A stretch of DNA of 64,000 bases, taken from NCBI GenBank assembly GCA_950097015.1, contig CATNEN010000001.1:6014001-6078000 (forward strand). Reading direction: 5' to 3'. The translations under genes were made by a program, and so were the position numbers. Shown one piece after another: positions 23,835-34,555 of the stretch (positions within the stretch are counted from its first letter, which is position 1; each line of letters opens with the position of its first letter). A model generated the notes under the pieces. That model ran no database searches. It saw only the letters and a program-made list of their open reading frames with translations, and was not told the DNA's origin. Source of the DNA: Macrostomum hystrix (lineage: Eukaryota > Animalia > Platyhelminthes).

Positions 23835-24437
23835 TTAAAAAGTACCATCGAGAAATGCAAACACAGAATGCCAATTAATGGCCAGCTCGACATCCTTCTT
23901 AGTGACCGTTTTTCTTTTTCCCTTAACGGCAAAATCGTGAGCAGCCTTGCCCAGCTGTTGAATAAACAACTCCGTAGCCTTGGAAACGGCAAGCACTGCC
24001 TCCTTGTTGATTAGACGCGTATCCGTATCAGCCTTCATAATCAGCTTCATCTTGCTAATTGGGAGGCTGGACAATTTAACTTCGTTCTCTTTTTCCGCTT
24101 CGTCTATTCGCTCACGATTTTGCTTATGATCTTGGTCATGATCTGGCTCATGATCTGGCTCATGATCTGGCTCATGATCTGATTCTCGATCTTGGTCATG
24201 ATCTGGCTTATGATCTGCTTCTCGATCTTGGTCATGATCTGGCTCATGATCTGATTCTCGATCTTGGTCATGATCTGGCTCATGATCTGATTCTCGATCT
24301 TGGTCATAATCTTGGTCAATGGTTTCTTTAATAGTCATCTGTGAGTCAACAATTTGAGCATCAGGTAGCATAGTCTCTTCTTTGGCAGCGGACTCGGTCA
24401 CGGGCTCAGCATCAAGGTCCACGTCTTGGTCGGTCAT
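23835..24437 (-). CDS. POLE4: DNA polymerase epsilon subunit 4 (histone fold, Dpb3-type) with acidic repeat-containing N-terminal extension, 200 aa
   Basis: C-terminal histone fold LPISKMKLIMKAD...EAVLAVSKATELFI...GKRKT...D...AI....FAFLDGT matches POLE4 as I recall it (KAD, GKRKT, FAFL.GT) better than CHRAC1. ATG at 24437 lies 6 nt after a TTTTTCCAG acceptor; the ORF-track start upstream falls in the acceptor region. Confidence 0.85.
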   Translation of the reverse strand: MTDQDVDLDAEPVTESAAKEETMLPDAQIVDSQMTIKETIDQDYDQDRESDHEPDHDQDRESDHEPDHDQDREADHKPDHDQDRESDHEPDHEPDHEPDHDQDHKQNRERIDEAEKENEVKLSSLPISKMKLIMKADTDTRLINKEAVLAVSKATELFIQQLGKAAHDFAVKGKRKTVTKKDVELAINWHSVFAFLDGTF

Positions 24438-24469
24438 TTTTAGCTGGAAAAATCGACAAGTACATTTTG

Positions 24470-27030
24470 TGTACATTGATTAGGAATAGATAAAGTTTGG
24501 TGAGAAGCCAATGTGCATTGATTAGGAGTGGATGGGTTTAGTGTGGAGTCGAGTGTTCATTGATTAGGAGTGGATGGGGTTGGTGTGGAGTCGAGTGTAC
24601 ATTGATTAGGAGTGGACGGAGTTGGTGTGAAGCCGAGTGTACATTGATCAAGAGTGGATGGGGTTGGTGTGGAGTCGAGTGTTCATTGATCAAGAGTGGA
24701 TGAGGGTTGGTGTGGAGTCGAGTGTACATTGATCAAGAGTGGATGGGGTTGGTGTGGAGTCGAGTGTTCATTGATCAAGAGTGGACGGGGTTGGTGTGGA
24801 GTCGAGTGTACATTGATCAAGAGTGGATGGGGTTGGTGTGGAGTCGAGTGTACATTGATCAAGAGTGGATGGGGTTGGTGTGGAGTCGAGTGTACATTGA
24901 TCAAGAGTGGACGGAGTTGGTGTGGAGTCGAGTGTACATTGATCAAGAGTGGATGGGGTTGGTGTGGAGCCGAGTGTACATTGATCAAGAGTGGATGGGG
25001 TTGGTGTGGAGTCGAGTGTTCATTGATCAAGAGTGGATGGGGTTGGTGTGGAGTCGAGTGTACATTGATCAAGAGTGGATGGGGTTGGTGTGGAGTCGAG
25101 TGTACATTGATCAAGAGTGGATGGGGTTGGTGTGGAGCCGAGTGTACATTGATCAAGAGTGGACGGAGTTGGTGTGGAGTCGAGTGTACATTGATTAGGA
25201 GTGGATGGGGTTGGTGTGGAGTCGAGTGTACATTGATTAGGAGTGGATGAGGGTTGGTGTGGAGCCGAGTGTACATTGATTAGGAGTGGATGAGGGTTGG
25301 TGTGGAGCCGAGTGTACATTGATTAGGAGTGGATGAGGGTTGGTGTGGAGCCGAGTGTACATTGATTAGGAGTGGATGAGGGTTGGTGTGGAGCCGAGTG
25401 TACATTAATTAGGAGTGGATGAGGGTTGGTGTGGAGCCGAGTGTACATTGATTAGGAGTGGATGGGGTTGGTGTGGAGTCGAGTGTACATTGATTAGGAG
25501 TGGATGAGGGTTTGTGTGGAGCCGAGTGTACATTGATTAGGAGTGGATGAGGGTTGGTGTGGAGCCGAGTGTACATTGATTAGGAGTGGATGAGGGTTGG
25601 TGTGGAGCCGAGTGTACATTGATTAGGAGTGGATGAGGGTTGGTGTGGAGCCGAGTGTACATTGATTAGGAGTGGATGGGGTTGGTGTGGAGTCGAGTGT
25701 ACATTGATTAGGAGTGGATGAGGGTTGGTGTGGAGCCGAGTGTACATTGATTAGGAGGAGGGTTGGTGTGGAGTCGAGTGTACATTGATTAGGAGGAGGG
25801 TTGGTGTGGAGCCGAGTGTACATTGATTAGGAGTGGATGAGGGTTGGTGTGGAGCCGAGTGTACATTGATTAGGAGTGGATGAGTGTTGGTGTGGAGTCG
25901 AGTGTACATTGATCAAGAGTGGATGGGGGTTGGTGTGGAGCCGAGTGTACATTGATTAGGAGTGGATGAGGGTTGGTGTGGAGCCGAGTGTACATTGATT
26001 AGGAGTGGATGAGGGTTGGTGTGGAGTCGAGTGTACATTGATTAGGAGTGGATGAGGGTTGGTGTGGAGCCGAGTGTACATTGATTAGGAGTGGATGAGG
26101 GTTGGTGTGGAGCCGAGTGTACATTAATTAGGAGTGGATGAGGGTTGGTGTGGAGCCGAGTGTACATTGATTAGGAGTGGATGGGGTTGGTGTGGAGTCG
26201 AGTGTACATTGATTAGGAGAGGATGAGGGTTGGTGTGGAGCCGAGTGTACATTGATTAGGAGTGGATGAGGGTTGGTGTGGAGCCGAGTGTACATTGATT
26301 AGGAGTGGATGAGGGTTGGTGTGGAGCCGAGTGTACATTGATTAGGAGTGGATGAGGGTTGGTGTGGAGCCGAGTGTACATTGATTAGGAGTGGATGGGG
26401 TTGGTGTGGAGTCGAGTGTACATTGATTAGGAGTGGATGAGGGTTGGTGTGGAGCCGAGTGTACATTGATTAGGAGGAGGGTTGGTGTGGAGTCGAGTGT
26501 ACATTGATTAGGAGGAGGGTTGGTGTGGAGCCGAGTGTACATTGATTAGGAGTGGATGAGGGTTGGTGTGGAGCCGAGTGTACATTGATTAGGAGTGGAT
26601 GAGTGTTGGTGTGGAGTCGAGTGTACATTGATCAAGAGTGGATGGGGGTTGGTGTGGAGCCGAGTGTACATTGATTAGGAGTGGATGAGGGTTGGTGTGG
26701 AGCCGAGTGTACATTGATTAGGAGTGGATGAGGGTTGGTGTGGAGTCGAGTGTACATTGATTAGGAGTGGATGAGGGTTGGTGTGGAGCCGAGTGTACAT
26801 TGATTAGGAGTGGATGAGGGTTGGTGTGGAGCCGAGTGTACATTGATTAGGAGTGGATGAGGGTTGGTGTGGAGCCGAGTGTACATTGATTAGGAGGAGG
26901 GTTGGTGTGGAGTCGAGTGTACATTGATTAGGAGGAGGGTTGGTGTGGAGTCGAGTGTACATTGATTAGGAGGAGGGTTGGTGTGGAGTCGAGTGTACAT
27001 TGATTAGGAGTGGATGGGGTATGGTTTGGA
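24470..27030. repeat. Minisatellite, 42-43-bp unit (GAGTGTACATTGATTAGGAGTGGATGAGGGTTGGTGTGGAGCC)
   Basis: ~2.5-kb tandem array immediately upstream of the POLE4 acceptor; contains an internal 719-bp duplication. Confidence 0.97.
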
Positions 27031-27959
27031 GTGGAGTATTTTTTTTAGTTAGGGTGGGTGGGTTAGTAATTTAGTCAAATTATTTAAATAGAAAAACCCA
27101 GACAAAAAGTAATAATTTGTAAACTAGCCACTTGTAAATTCGTATACTTTTTGCCAAAAAACACAAAAGCAAAACAATATTTGCAAAACTGTTAAATGCA
27201 TGAACGTAAAGAAAACATGCATTAAATAAAAAAATATTACTAAAGTAAAAAGTCGCAATAGAAAATTGAAAAAATCTAGATTAAATTCCAAATGCAAAAC
27301 AGACTACTTGCCTAACGACCTAAGTGTATTAGATGTGAGTTTTATCATTAAAATGGATAAGAAAAAGCTAAAATAAGCAGTAGCGCGTTACATCGAGGAA
27401 AACTTCGAACTAAGAAACATGCTCAAACCATTGAAATTCTGTTTTAGGATATTTTTGCTGCTAGTTTAGAAGACAATACTAGCCCTACTAACTAGTTAAT
27501 TAAGCTAATTAATTAATGCGACAAATATAAATAGGAACTAAGCAAAGCAACGCACAGCGAGACAGGCGTTATACACGCATGAACGGATTCAGAGGCCGGT
27601 ACAGAATCAATAGCCGACGAAGCTGAAACTATGAGCAAAAGATCAAAGGCGGAAGCAAATAGAGAAAGTAGTGAGGATGTGGGAAGGCAGGCAGAAGAGA
27701 AGAGCATACATTTTTAACTAAAAATACATGGCATATAAAAAGTAAGCTGCTGAAATGGACTGCTCGGGAATAAAGTTAATTACGACTAATTAAGTAACTA
27801 TAACGAAGGACTCAAGGTTTCTATGTAAAGAAACTCATAGAAGAACTTTATACTAATAATATCGAATGAAGTACCCACAAGTTAGATAGGACTCTACCTC
27901 ATTATTCTTGACTTTGATGCAGAAAAAATAACAAGAACTTCAGAACGTGTCTATTTTAG

Positions 27960-28365
27960 TTTGGATGGGATTGGTCGGGAGCGAGTGTACATTGGGGAAG
28001 GAATCCGATTGGTTGGAAGCGAGTGTACATTGGAAATGAATCCGATTGGTTGGAAGCGAGTGTACTTTAGGAATGAATCCGATTGGTTAGGAGTGAGTGT
28101 ACATTAGACAGAGACTTGATTGGTCAAGACCGAGTGAGCCGGAAGCGAGCGAGTGTACATTGGGTGATAATGTAGTTCATTAGATGCGAATGTAAATTCC
28201 TGCTTCAAATGGATTGGTCTGAATTGATTGTACATAGGATGTGATTGATCGGGAGCGAGTGTACGTTACTGCTTGAATTTGATTGGTCGAGATCTAGTGG
28301 ACATTTCGGTTTTGGTTTCATTGTTTAGGATGGATTTTAAATACGAATGTGATTGGTCAAGAGCC
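27960..28365. repeat. Degenerate ~37-bp tandem repeat rich in GATTGG (CCAAT) and GAGTGTACA motifs
   Basis: Recurrent GATTGGT...GCGAGTGTACATTGG units that share GAGTGTACATTG with the 24470-27030 array. Confidence 0.75.
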
Positions 28366-28939
28366 AGTTCAGATAGGGTAAGAATCTAATTTGTCTATTA
28401 TGTACTTTTCAAACGGCCCAGTGTTTTTAAATAAACAATAATTTCAGTTTTTTGTCTTAGATGTATGAAAATATTATTGAAGTAAGAAGGATTGTATTTA
28501 TTTTACGGACTGAATTGCGATCTGAACTTGAAGTTACCCAACTGAATGAAGAACTAAGGTCAAAGAAACAAAAACACACACACACAAACACAGGAAATAG
28601 CTTAATGCTTGCGTAAATATATATTTTTAATTGCTTTTAAAACGAACAGAAAGCGTTTTAAATACTTAATATTGAATTAACGACTTATTTCATAAAAAGC
28701 TAACTAAACTGATAATGTTACAAAGTTAAGATTAACTGGTTGCACAAACATTTTTAATACCAGAATTTATAGGTGCAACAATTAGGCCTGACTAAAAGCC
28801 TATGAAAATGACAACATGGCTAAGTAAAAAATTCAAGTTAAAATCACAATAAAAATGCTTAACTACAGACTAGTCACAAATACTAAAATTTCGTTAAAAT
28901 TTGTTATATAGTTAGTATTTTATAATGCCGCCAAGGCAG

Positions 28940-30611
28940 TCAGACATCGATTGTCATCTTCTTGTGCACATCCAATGAGCCAACTATGTCGCAGAATTCC
29001 GCGTATGATATTTTACCGTCGCCATCTTTGTCGGCGAAGATGATGGTCTTGTCAACAATCTGCTGCAGCTGGGTGTCCTTCAGGTTGCTGCCAACCATCA
29101 TCTTCAGCACCTGAGGGATTTGGTGGCAAAGTTAAAGCATTGAGACATGAAAAATCTAGCTTCATTTTGCATTTTAATACAGTTAAGTTAATAGACTACG
29201 TTTAGAAAGTCCACAGACAAATTCAATGGTGGATAGACACACTCTATGATCCGTGGACGAATGCTGTGGTCCATGGATGAACTTTATGGTCTCTTAGACA
29301 AGCCATATAGTCCATGGACAAATTTTATTGTCAGTAGAACAACGCATTTGGTCCTTGGATTAATTATATGGTCTATGGACAAACTTAATAGGTTGTGGAC
29401 AGAATCAATGGTACATGGACAAAATACATGGTCCGTGGACAAAATTTATAATTTCTGGACAAACTCTTTAGTCCAAGGAGAAACTCTATGGTCTGTGGAC
29501 AAACTCTAAGGTCTAAGGACAAAATCAATCGTCTATTGACAAAATCTTTCATCCCTAGATACATTCTATTTTCTTCGAAAATATTCCATGCTTCTCGATC
29601 ACATTTTATGATTCTAAGAAACATTATTGTGTTTTTGCGAAAAGCAGATCTAAATTCTTTAGTAACATTTTACTACTGGTCCTTAGACACCTAGAAGTAG
29701 TATCACCTGGTATTATTTACGCACCTGAAACAGCTCCCCATTGCTGATGTAGCCGTCCTTGTCCATATCGTAGATGCGAAATGCGAAGCGCATTTTGGCC
29801 TCTCTGTCGCCTCTAACAGAGAACTGGGACATGCCTGGCGAAATTGTGTTAAAGATTGAGGAAAAAATAATTGGGATAACAATCAGAAATATCCTAGCGA
29901 AAGAAAACTAATTTAAAACTATTGAAGAGAGAAATTGAACAAAAGTGAACATTAAATATCATTTCCTTCATTCTGCACTTTTTGTTAAGTGATTACAGCT
30001 CCGAACCTACGCTCTAAAAATCATCATTAATTACACCTGCCTAAATTTGGTCAGATGTGCAGTTGACCACACAGCCGCATCTAAAAGCTGCGTACCACAG
30101 TTTAGTTCATTGACTGGGTAAACAAACCCACCCTTAAGTACCTCAACTAATACTGGAACCGAGTAGGTAAACTAAAAATCTCGAGTTGTGTCTTGCTAAA
30201 GTACAAAAACTTCAAGTCGTGAGTACGACACTCTAATCACTAGGCTACATACCCTGAGCTTCCATGCTCGATAAAACTGAAAATATGCCGAAAATAATGC
30301 CCAAAAAGTTCACGAATTCCAGGTAGCTAGATGCAAAAAACAAATTTATTCCATATCTCGCTGTCCATGAGATAAAGTGTACTAAGCCTCGCGGGTAGTT
30401 GATATCAAAGAAGGAATGAAAAAACTGATTTCTTCTTAACCATTTGGGTCTTTCCTTTTCCCAATTCCGGCAGTAGGTTAGTAAGTTGGGATCCGTTATA
30501 TAAACACCAAACCTATATGTACGCGCATAGACGTTTACGCACACAGGCAGTTCTAGTATAGCTAATATGTGCATCAAGGGCTTTAAATCTAACGACGTCA
30601 ATGTTAGCCGC

Positions 30612-30643
<32 letters not shown>

Positions 30644-33179
30644 ATGAAGGCTTGGGATTGACTTTGACCCATCCCCCTTCGTTCTTTTTTACTTTATCTC
30701 CAATTTTTTGCCGTCACTCCTAGAAGAAGAAAGGAAAAAACTTGCCCAACGACTTCCTTCCCTTATTGCTTTTAGTTTCTGTTTTGCCAGCGCTGAATCG
30801 GGATTCTAAGGGATGCGAAGAATGATAAGAGAGGGAACGGGGGTCTTCAGTAGGCTAAGGGATAAAAGCGCCTAAACAAGGATTTTGACCCCTTAATCCT
30901 TCACTTACTTTCCAAGCCTTAACAAGCTCGATTATTCCATTCAATTTAGGCTCGCAGTCTGCTGCTGTTTAAAGCAAACATGCCTATTTACTCGAGTTAA
31001 AGCCCTGACTGGGAGCAAGATTAAGGTACTCTTAAAATCATGCTCAAAGGGTTCTCCTTTAGACCTGCCAGTAAATCTCCAGCTTATTTAAACTTGAAAA
31101 AAAATCTCAGAATTTTCATATACTCTACAATTCTCCTAAATGAGTCGCCAAGATTATAATCCTCTTTTAGCCAAATACGGAAAATTAGTGGGTGAGTTGT
31201 GACGGCTGTAAAAATGCCACAATAAATAAACATAATAAAATACTCTACTACTTAAGAGAATAATTTTTTTGTCTAAATTAAGGAGGGTCGAGGATTCGTG
31301 TTCATATGAGGCTCGCTTTTTGGAGTGAGAATAATGTACATTGGGGCCAGAGGGTTTGGGCGGGTCTGGAATGAGAAGAACGTACATTGGGGCTAGAGGG
31401 TTTGGGCGGGTCTGGAATGAGAAGAACGTACATTGGGGCTAGAAGGTTTGGGTGGGTCTGGAATGAGAAGAACGTACATTGGGGCTAGAAGGTTTGGGTG
31501 GGTCTGGAATGAGAAGAACGTAGATTAGGGCTATAGGGTTTGGGCGGGTCTGGAATGAGAAGAATGTACATTGGGGCTAGAAGGTTGGGGCAGGCCTGAT
31601 CTAGAGTGAGAAGAATGCAAAGTGCTAAGGGCTTGGGTGGGAAAAGAGGTAAGGAAATTGGCAGGTCATATTACTCTCAAATCTGCATTGTTCAGATAAC
31701 GCCGGCTAAATTCATTAAAATTCAGCCACGCCCTTAAAGCTGCCCTCTTACGAATTTTGAATTGTTAAGCCGTTAGTTAAAAATATTTCAGGCAGAATTA
31801 GAGAATGTCTTAACAATGGACAATGGAAGCTTCAACGAAAATCGTAGATAATTATACTGACTTTTTCGATCTAAAAGGTTAGAGACAAATAAAACACATT
31901 TTTAACAGACGCATGTAAATGAATATTCGCCTGGACAGCAGATAGCATTGTAGCCTCGAGCTAAAACAGAATCGACTGAACAAAAGGAACGGGTTTCTCC
32001 TTTCACACTAAAACAGGAGCAAATGGTTGCCTGACACTAATGGGCAACAACTGGCCCTGTGGTCAGATAGGGCAGGCCAGGCCGGTACAAAATGCATAGA
32101 AAAGTTGATGAGGCAAAGAAGGAGGAGAGATCGGAGGAATGCAGACAGACAGGTGGACAAGATAACCTATAGAAGCATTGATTTTTTTCTCCAAAAAATG
32201 CAGCAAGATGATACGTAAGAAAGCGATGCGTTAAAATGAATTTTAATAAAATAGATATAATACATATACAATTATACGAGTACTATAACTTGATATTTAG
32301 GGCAATAAATTTTATGTAACACAAACTATGAATCAAGAGCTTAAGACATTACTAGCAACTTTAGCCTTCCCTCCGTGTTCATATGCGCGCAAATACCGCA
32401 CGCAGGAAAAAACTTGTGTACATCTTAATCTTAATAACTTTGAATAGCCTCAGTCCGCCAGCCAATAGCAACACAGTGAGTCATCCAGTGTACACTGCAT
32501 CTCTTTCCCATTAAGCAGCCTCACTCCGCCAGCCAATAGCTACGCAGTAAGTCATCCAGTGTACACTGCATCTCTTTCCCATTAAGCAGCCTCACTCCGC
32601 CAGCCAATAGCAACACAGTGAGTCATCCAGTGTACACTGCATCTCTTTCCCATTAAGCAGCCTCACTCCGCCAGCCAATAGCTACGCAGTAAGTCATCCA
32701 GTGTACACTGCATCTCTTTCCCATTAAGCAGCCTCACTCCGCCAGCCAATAGCTACAGTGAGTGATCTAGTGCACACTAATCTCTCACAATATCACACAC
32801 TAAGTACGACGTTTTAGTGCTAGGGTGTTAAAATACTCCACATAGGTATAAACGGGCTGGGAAAACTATGACAATAAGTTGCCAATTTATATCGGGCGAT
32901 CATAATTCTAACTGAAATATCCAGCAGCTCGTTTAATCCCACGAGCTCACCCTGAATGAACTCCTTAAAGTCCACCTCGCCATTCTGATCGGTATCGAAG
33001 ATGTCAATCACTCGTTGAACCAGCGGATTCTGTTGCAGCTCGGGTAGGCGTAGAAATTCTTCGATACTGAGAGAGCCGCTGCCATCCAGGTCGATCTTTT
33101 TGAACCGTTTGCCCAGTCGGCGAATCTCTTCGCCGTCGAAATGGGCGCACAACTCCGGCATAGACAATTCGCTACCCAT
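28940..33179 (-). CDS. PPP3R1: Calcineurin B regulatory subunit, 169 aa, 3 exons
   Basis: Exons 33179-32951, 29834-29725, 29110-28940 (phases 1,0). MG N-terminus (myristoylation); four EF-hands [36 protein letters not shown]; conserved [50 protein letters not shown]. Confidence 0.97.
29210..29545. repeat. Degenerate intronic tandem repeat, ~21-bp unit (TGGTCCGTGGACAAACTCTA-like)
   Basis: Recurrent GTCC(A/G)TGGACA motif in calcineurin B intron 2. Confidence 0.8.
30031..30250 (-). mobile_element. Decayed copy of the tRNA/CORE-like SINE
   Basis: Reverse-complement matches to the SINE 3' end (TTACACCTGCC), the core (GTGTCTTGCTAAAG) and the head (CTTCAAGTCGTGAGT...CACTAGGCTACA), with deletions. 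Confidence 0.8.
30606..30645. repeat. (GCT)n trinucleotide microsatellite
   Basis: GCCGCCGCTGCTGCT... run in calcineurin B intron 1. Confidence 0.9.
31334..31620. repeat. Intronic minisatellite, ~46-bp unit (GTACATTGGGGCTAGAAGGTTTGGGTGGGTCTGGAATGAGAAGAAC)
   Basis: About six tandem copies in calcineurin B intron 1. Confidence 0.93.
32446..32780. repeat. 71-bp tandem repeat of a dispersed family (CCAAT, TGAGTCA, palindrome CAGTGTACACTG)
   Basis: ~4.5 copies with alternating variants; reverse-complement relatives at 40075-40530 and 41225-41395. Confidence 0.93.
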
Positions 33180-33489
33180 CTCGAAAATTTCTCTAGAGGC
33201 GTTGCTAAGGCGTTGCTAGCGCTGTTGACTGGAAAATGATTTACAATTAATAAACGGGATTCTAGAGTTATTAGATCGTAGCATTAAATAATTTTGTGAT
33301 AACATATTCTTCGTCAATCGAAACAGAGCCTATTAGTTAGTTAAAAGAAGTTAACTATTGGACAACAGGCTGGGAGCCAATCAGGAAGCGACTGATGCTC
33401 GATGAGGAAAAGGGAAGAAAAATACTAGTCTGATAATCAATCAGAACCGGGAAAGCCGGGAAAAAAACAAAAACTAAGAGACACGATTT

Positions 33490-34240
33490 TAGAGTCCTGA
33501 AGGAACTCTAGAAAACCTCAGGGCAGAAGAAGGAACTCTAGAAAAACCCTCAGGACAGCTGAAGGAACTCTTCAAAAAACCTCAGGGCAGAAGAAGGAAC
33601 TCTAGAAAAACCCTCAGGGCAGAAGAAGGAACTCTAGAAAACCTCAGGACAGCTGAAGGAACTCTAGAAAAACCCTCAGGACAGCTGAAGGAACTCTTGA
33701 AAACCTCAGGGCAGAAGAAGGAACTCAAGAAAACCTCAGGGCAGAAGGAACTCTAGAAAAACCCTCAGGACAGCTGAAGGAACTCTAGAAAAACCCTCAG
33801 GACAGCTGAAGGAACTCTTGAAAACCTCAGGGCAGAAGAAGGAACTCTAGAAAAACCCTCAGGACAGCTGAAGGAACTCTAGAAAAACCCTCAGGACAGC
33901 TGAAGGAACTCTTGAAAACCTCAGGGCAGAAGAAGGAACTCTAGAAAAACCCTCAGGACAGCAGAAGGAACTCTTGAAAAACTCAGGGCAGAAGAAGGAA
34001 CTCTTGAAAAACTCAGGGCAGAAGGAACTCTAGAAAAACCCTCAGAACAGCAGAACGAACTCTTAAAAAACTCAGGGCAGAAGAAGGAACTCTAGAAAAC
34101 CCTCAGGACAGAAGGAACTCTAGAAATCCCTCAGGACAACTAAAGTAGCAATTGAAAACCCTCAGGACAGCTGAAAAAACTCCTGAAAACCCTCAGAACA
34201 GCTAAAAGAACTCTTGAAAACCCAGGAAGGAGTCCTAGAA
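33490..34240. repeat. Intergenic minisatellite, ~32-bp unit (GAAGGAACTCTAGAAAAACCCTCAGGACAGCT)
   Basis: Tandem array between the RETSAT stop and the calcineurin B start. Confidence 0.95.
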
Positions 34241-34555
34241 ACAATTAAATGAAACAACAAACAGAAAACAAACCTTAAGATTCCAATGATTGAAATGGTT
34301 TTTTAAATATAAGTTTATATATATATAATAATATATATATAAGTTTAGTATTTGTTTAATATAAGTTCATTAAAATTTCGATCATAGAAAAAAACAATTC
34401 TTCATGTTAAAAAAAGATACAAAAGTGAAGTTACATGATGGTACCAAAAAACTTGACTAATGCAGAGATAAAACACATGCGCTAACAGTTCTGACTATAA
34501 CAAAAAAAGCCGAATAGTTTAATCAAACCCCAACGTCTCCGTTTAGAACAAAGAC

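Noticed and set aside
24538-26542. His/Pro-rich and Cys/Trp-rich repetitive ORFs
   Set aside because: Translations of the 42-43-bp minisatellite in several frames
32446-32780. CRISPR-like appearance of regularly spaced repeats (here and in other arrays)
   Set aside because: Units are contiguous with no unique spacers, there are no cas genes and the context is eukaryotic
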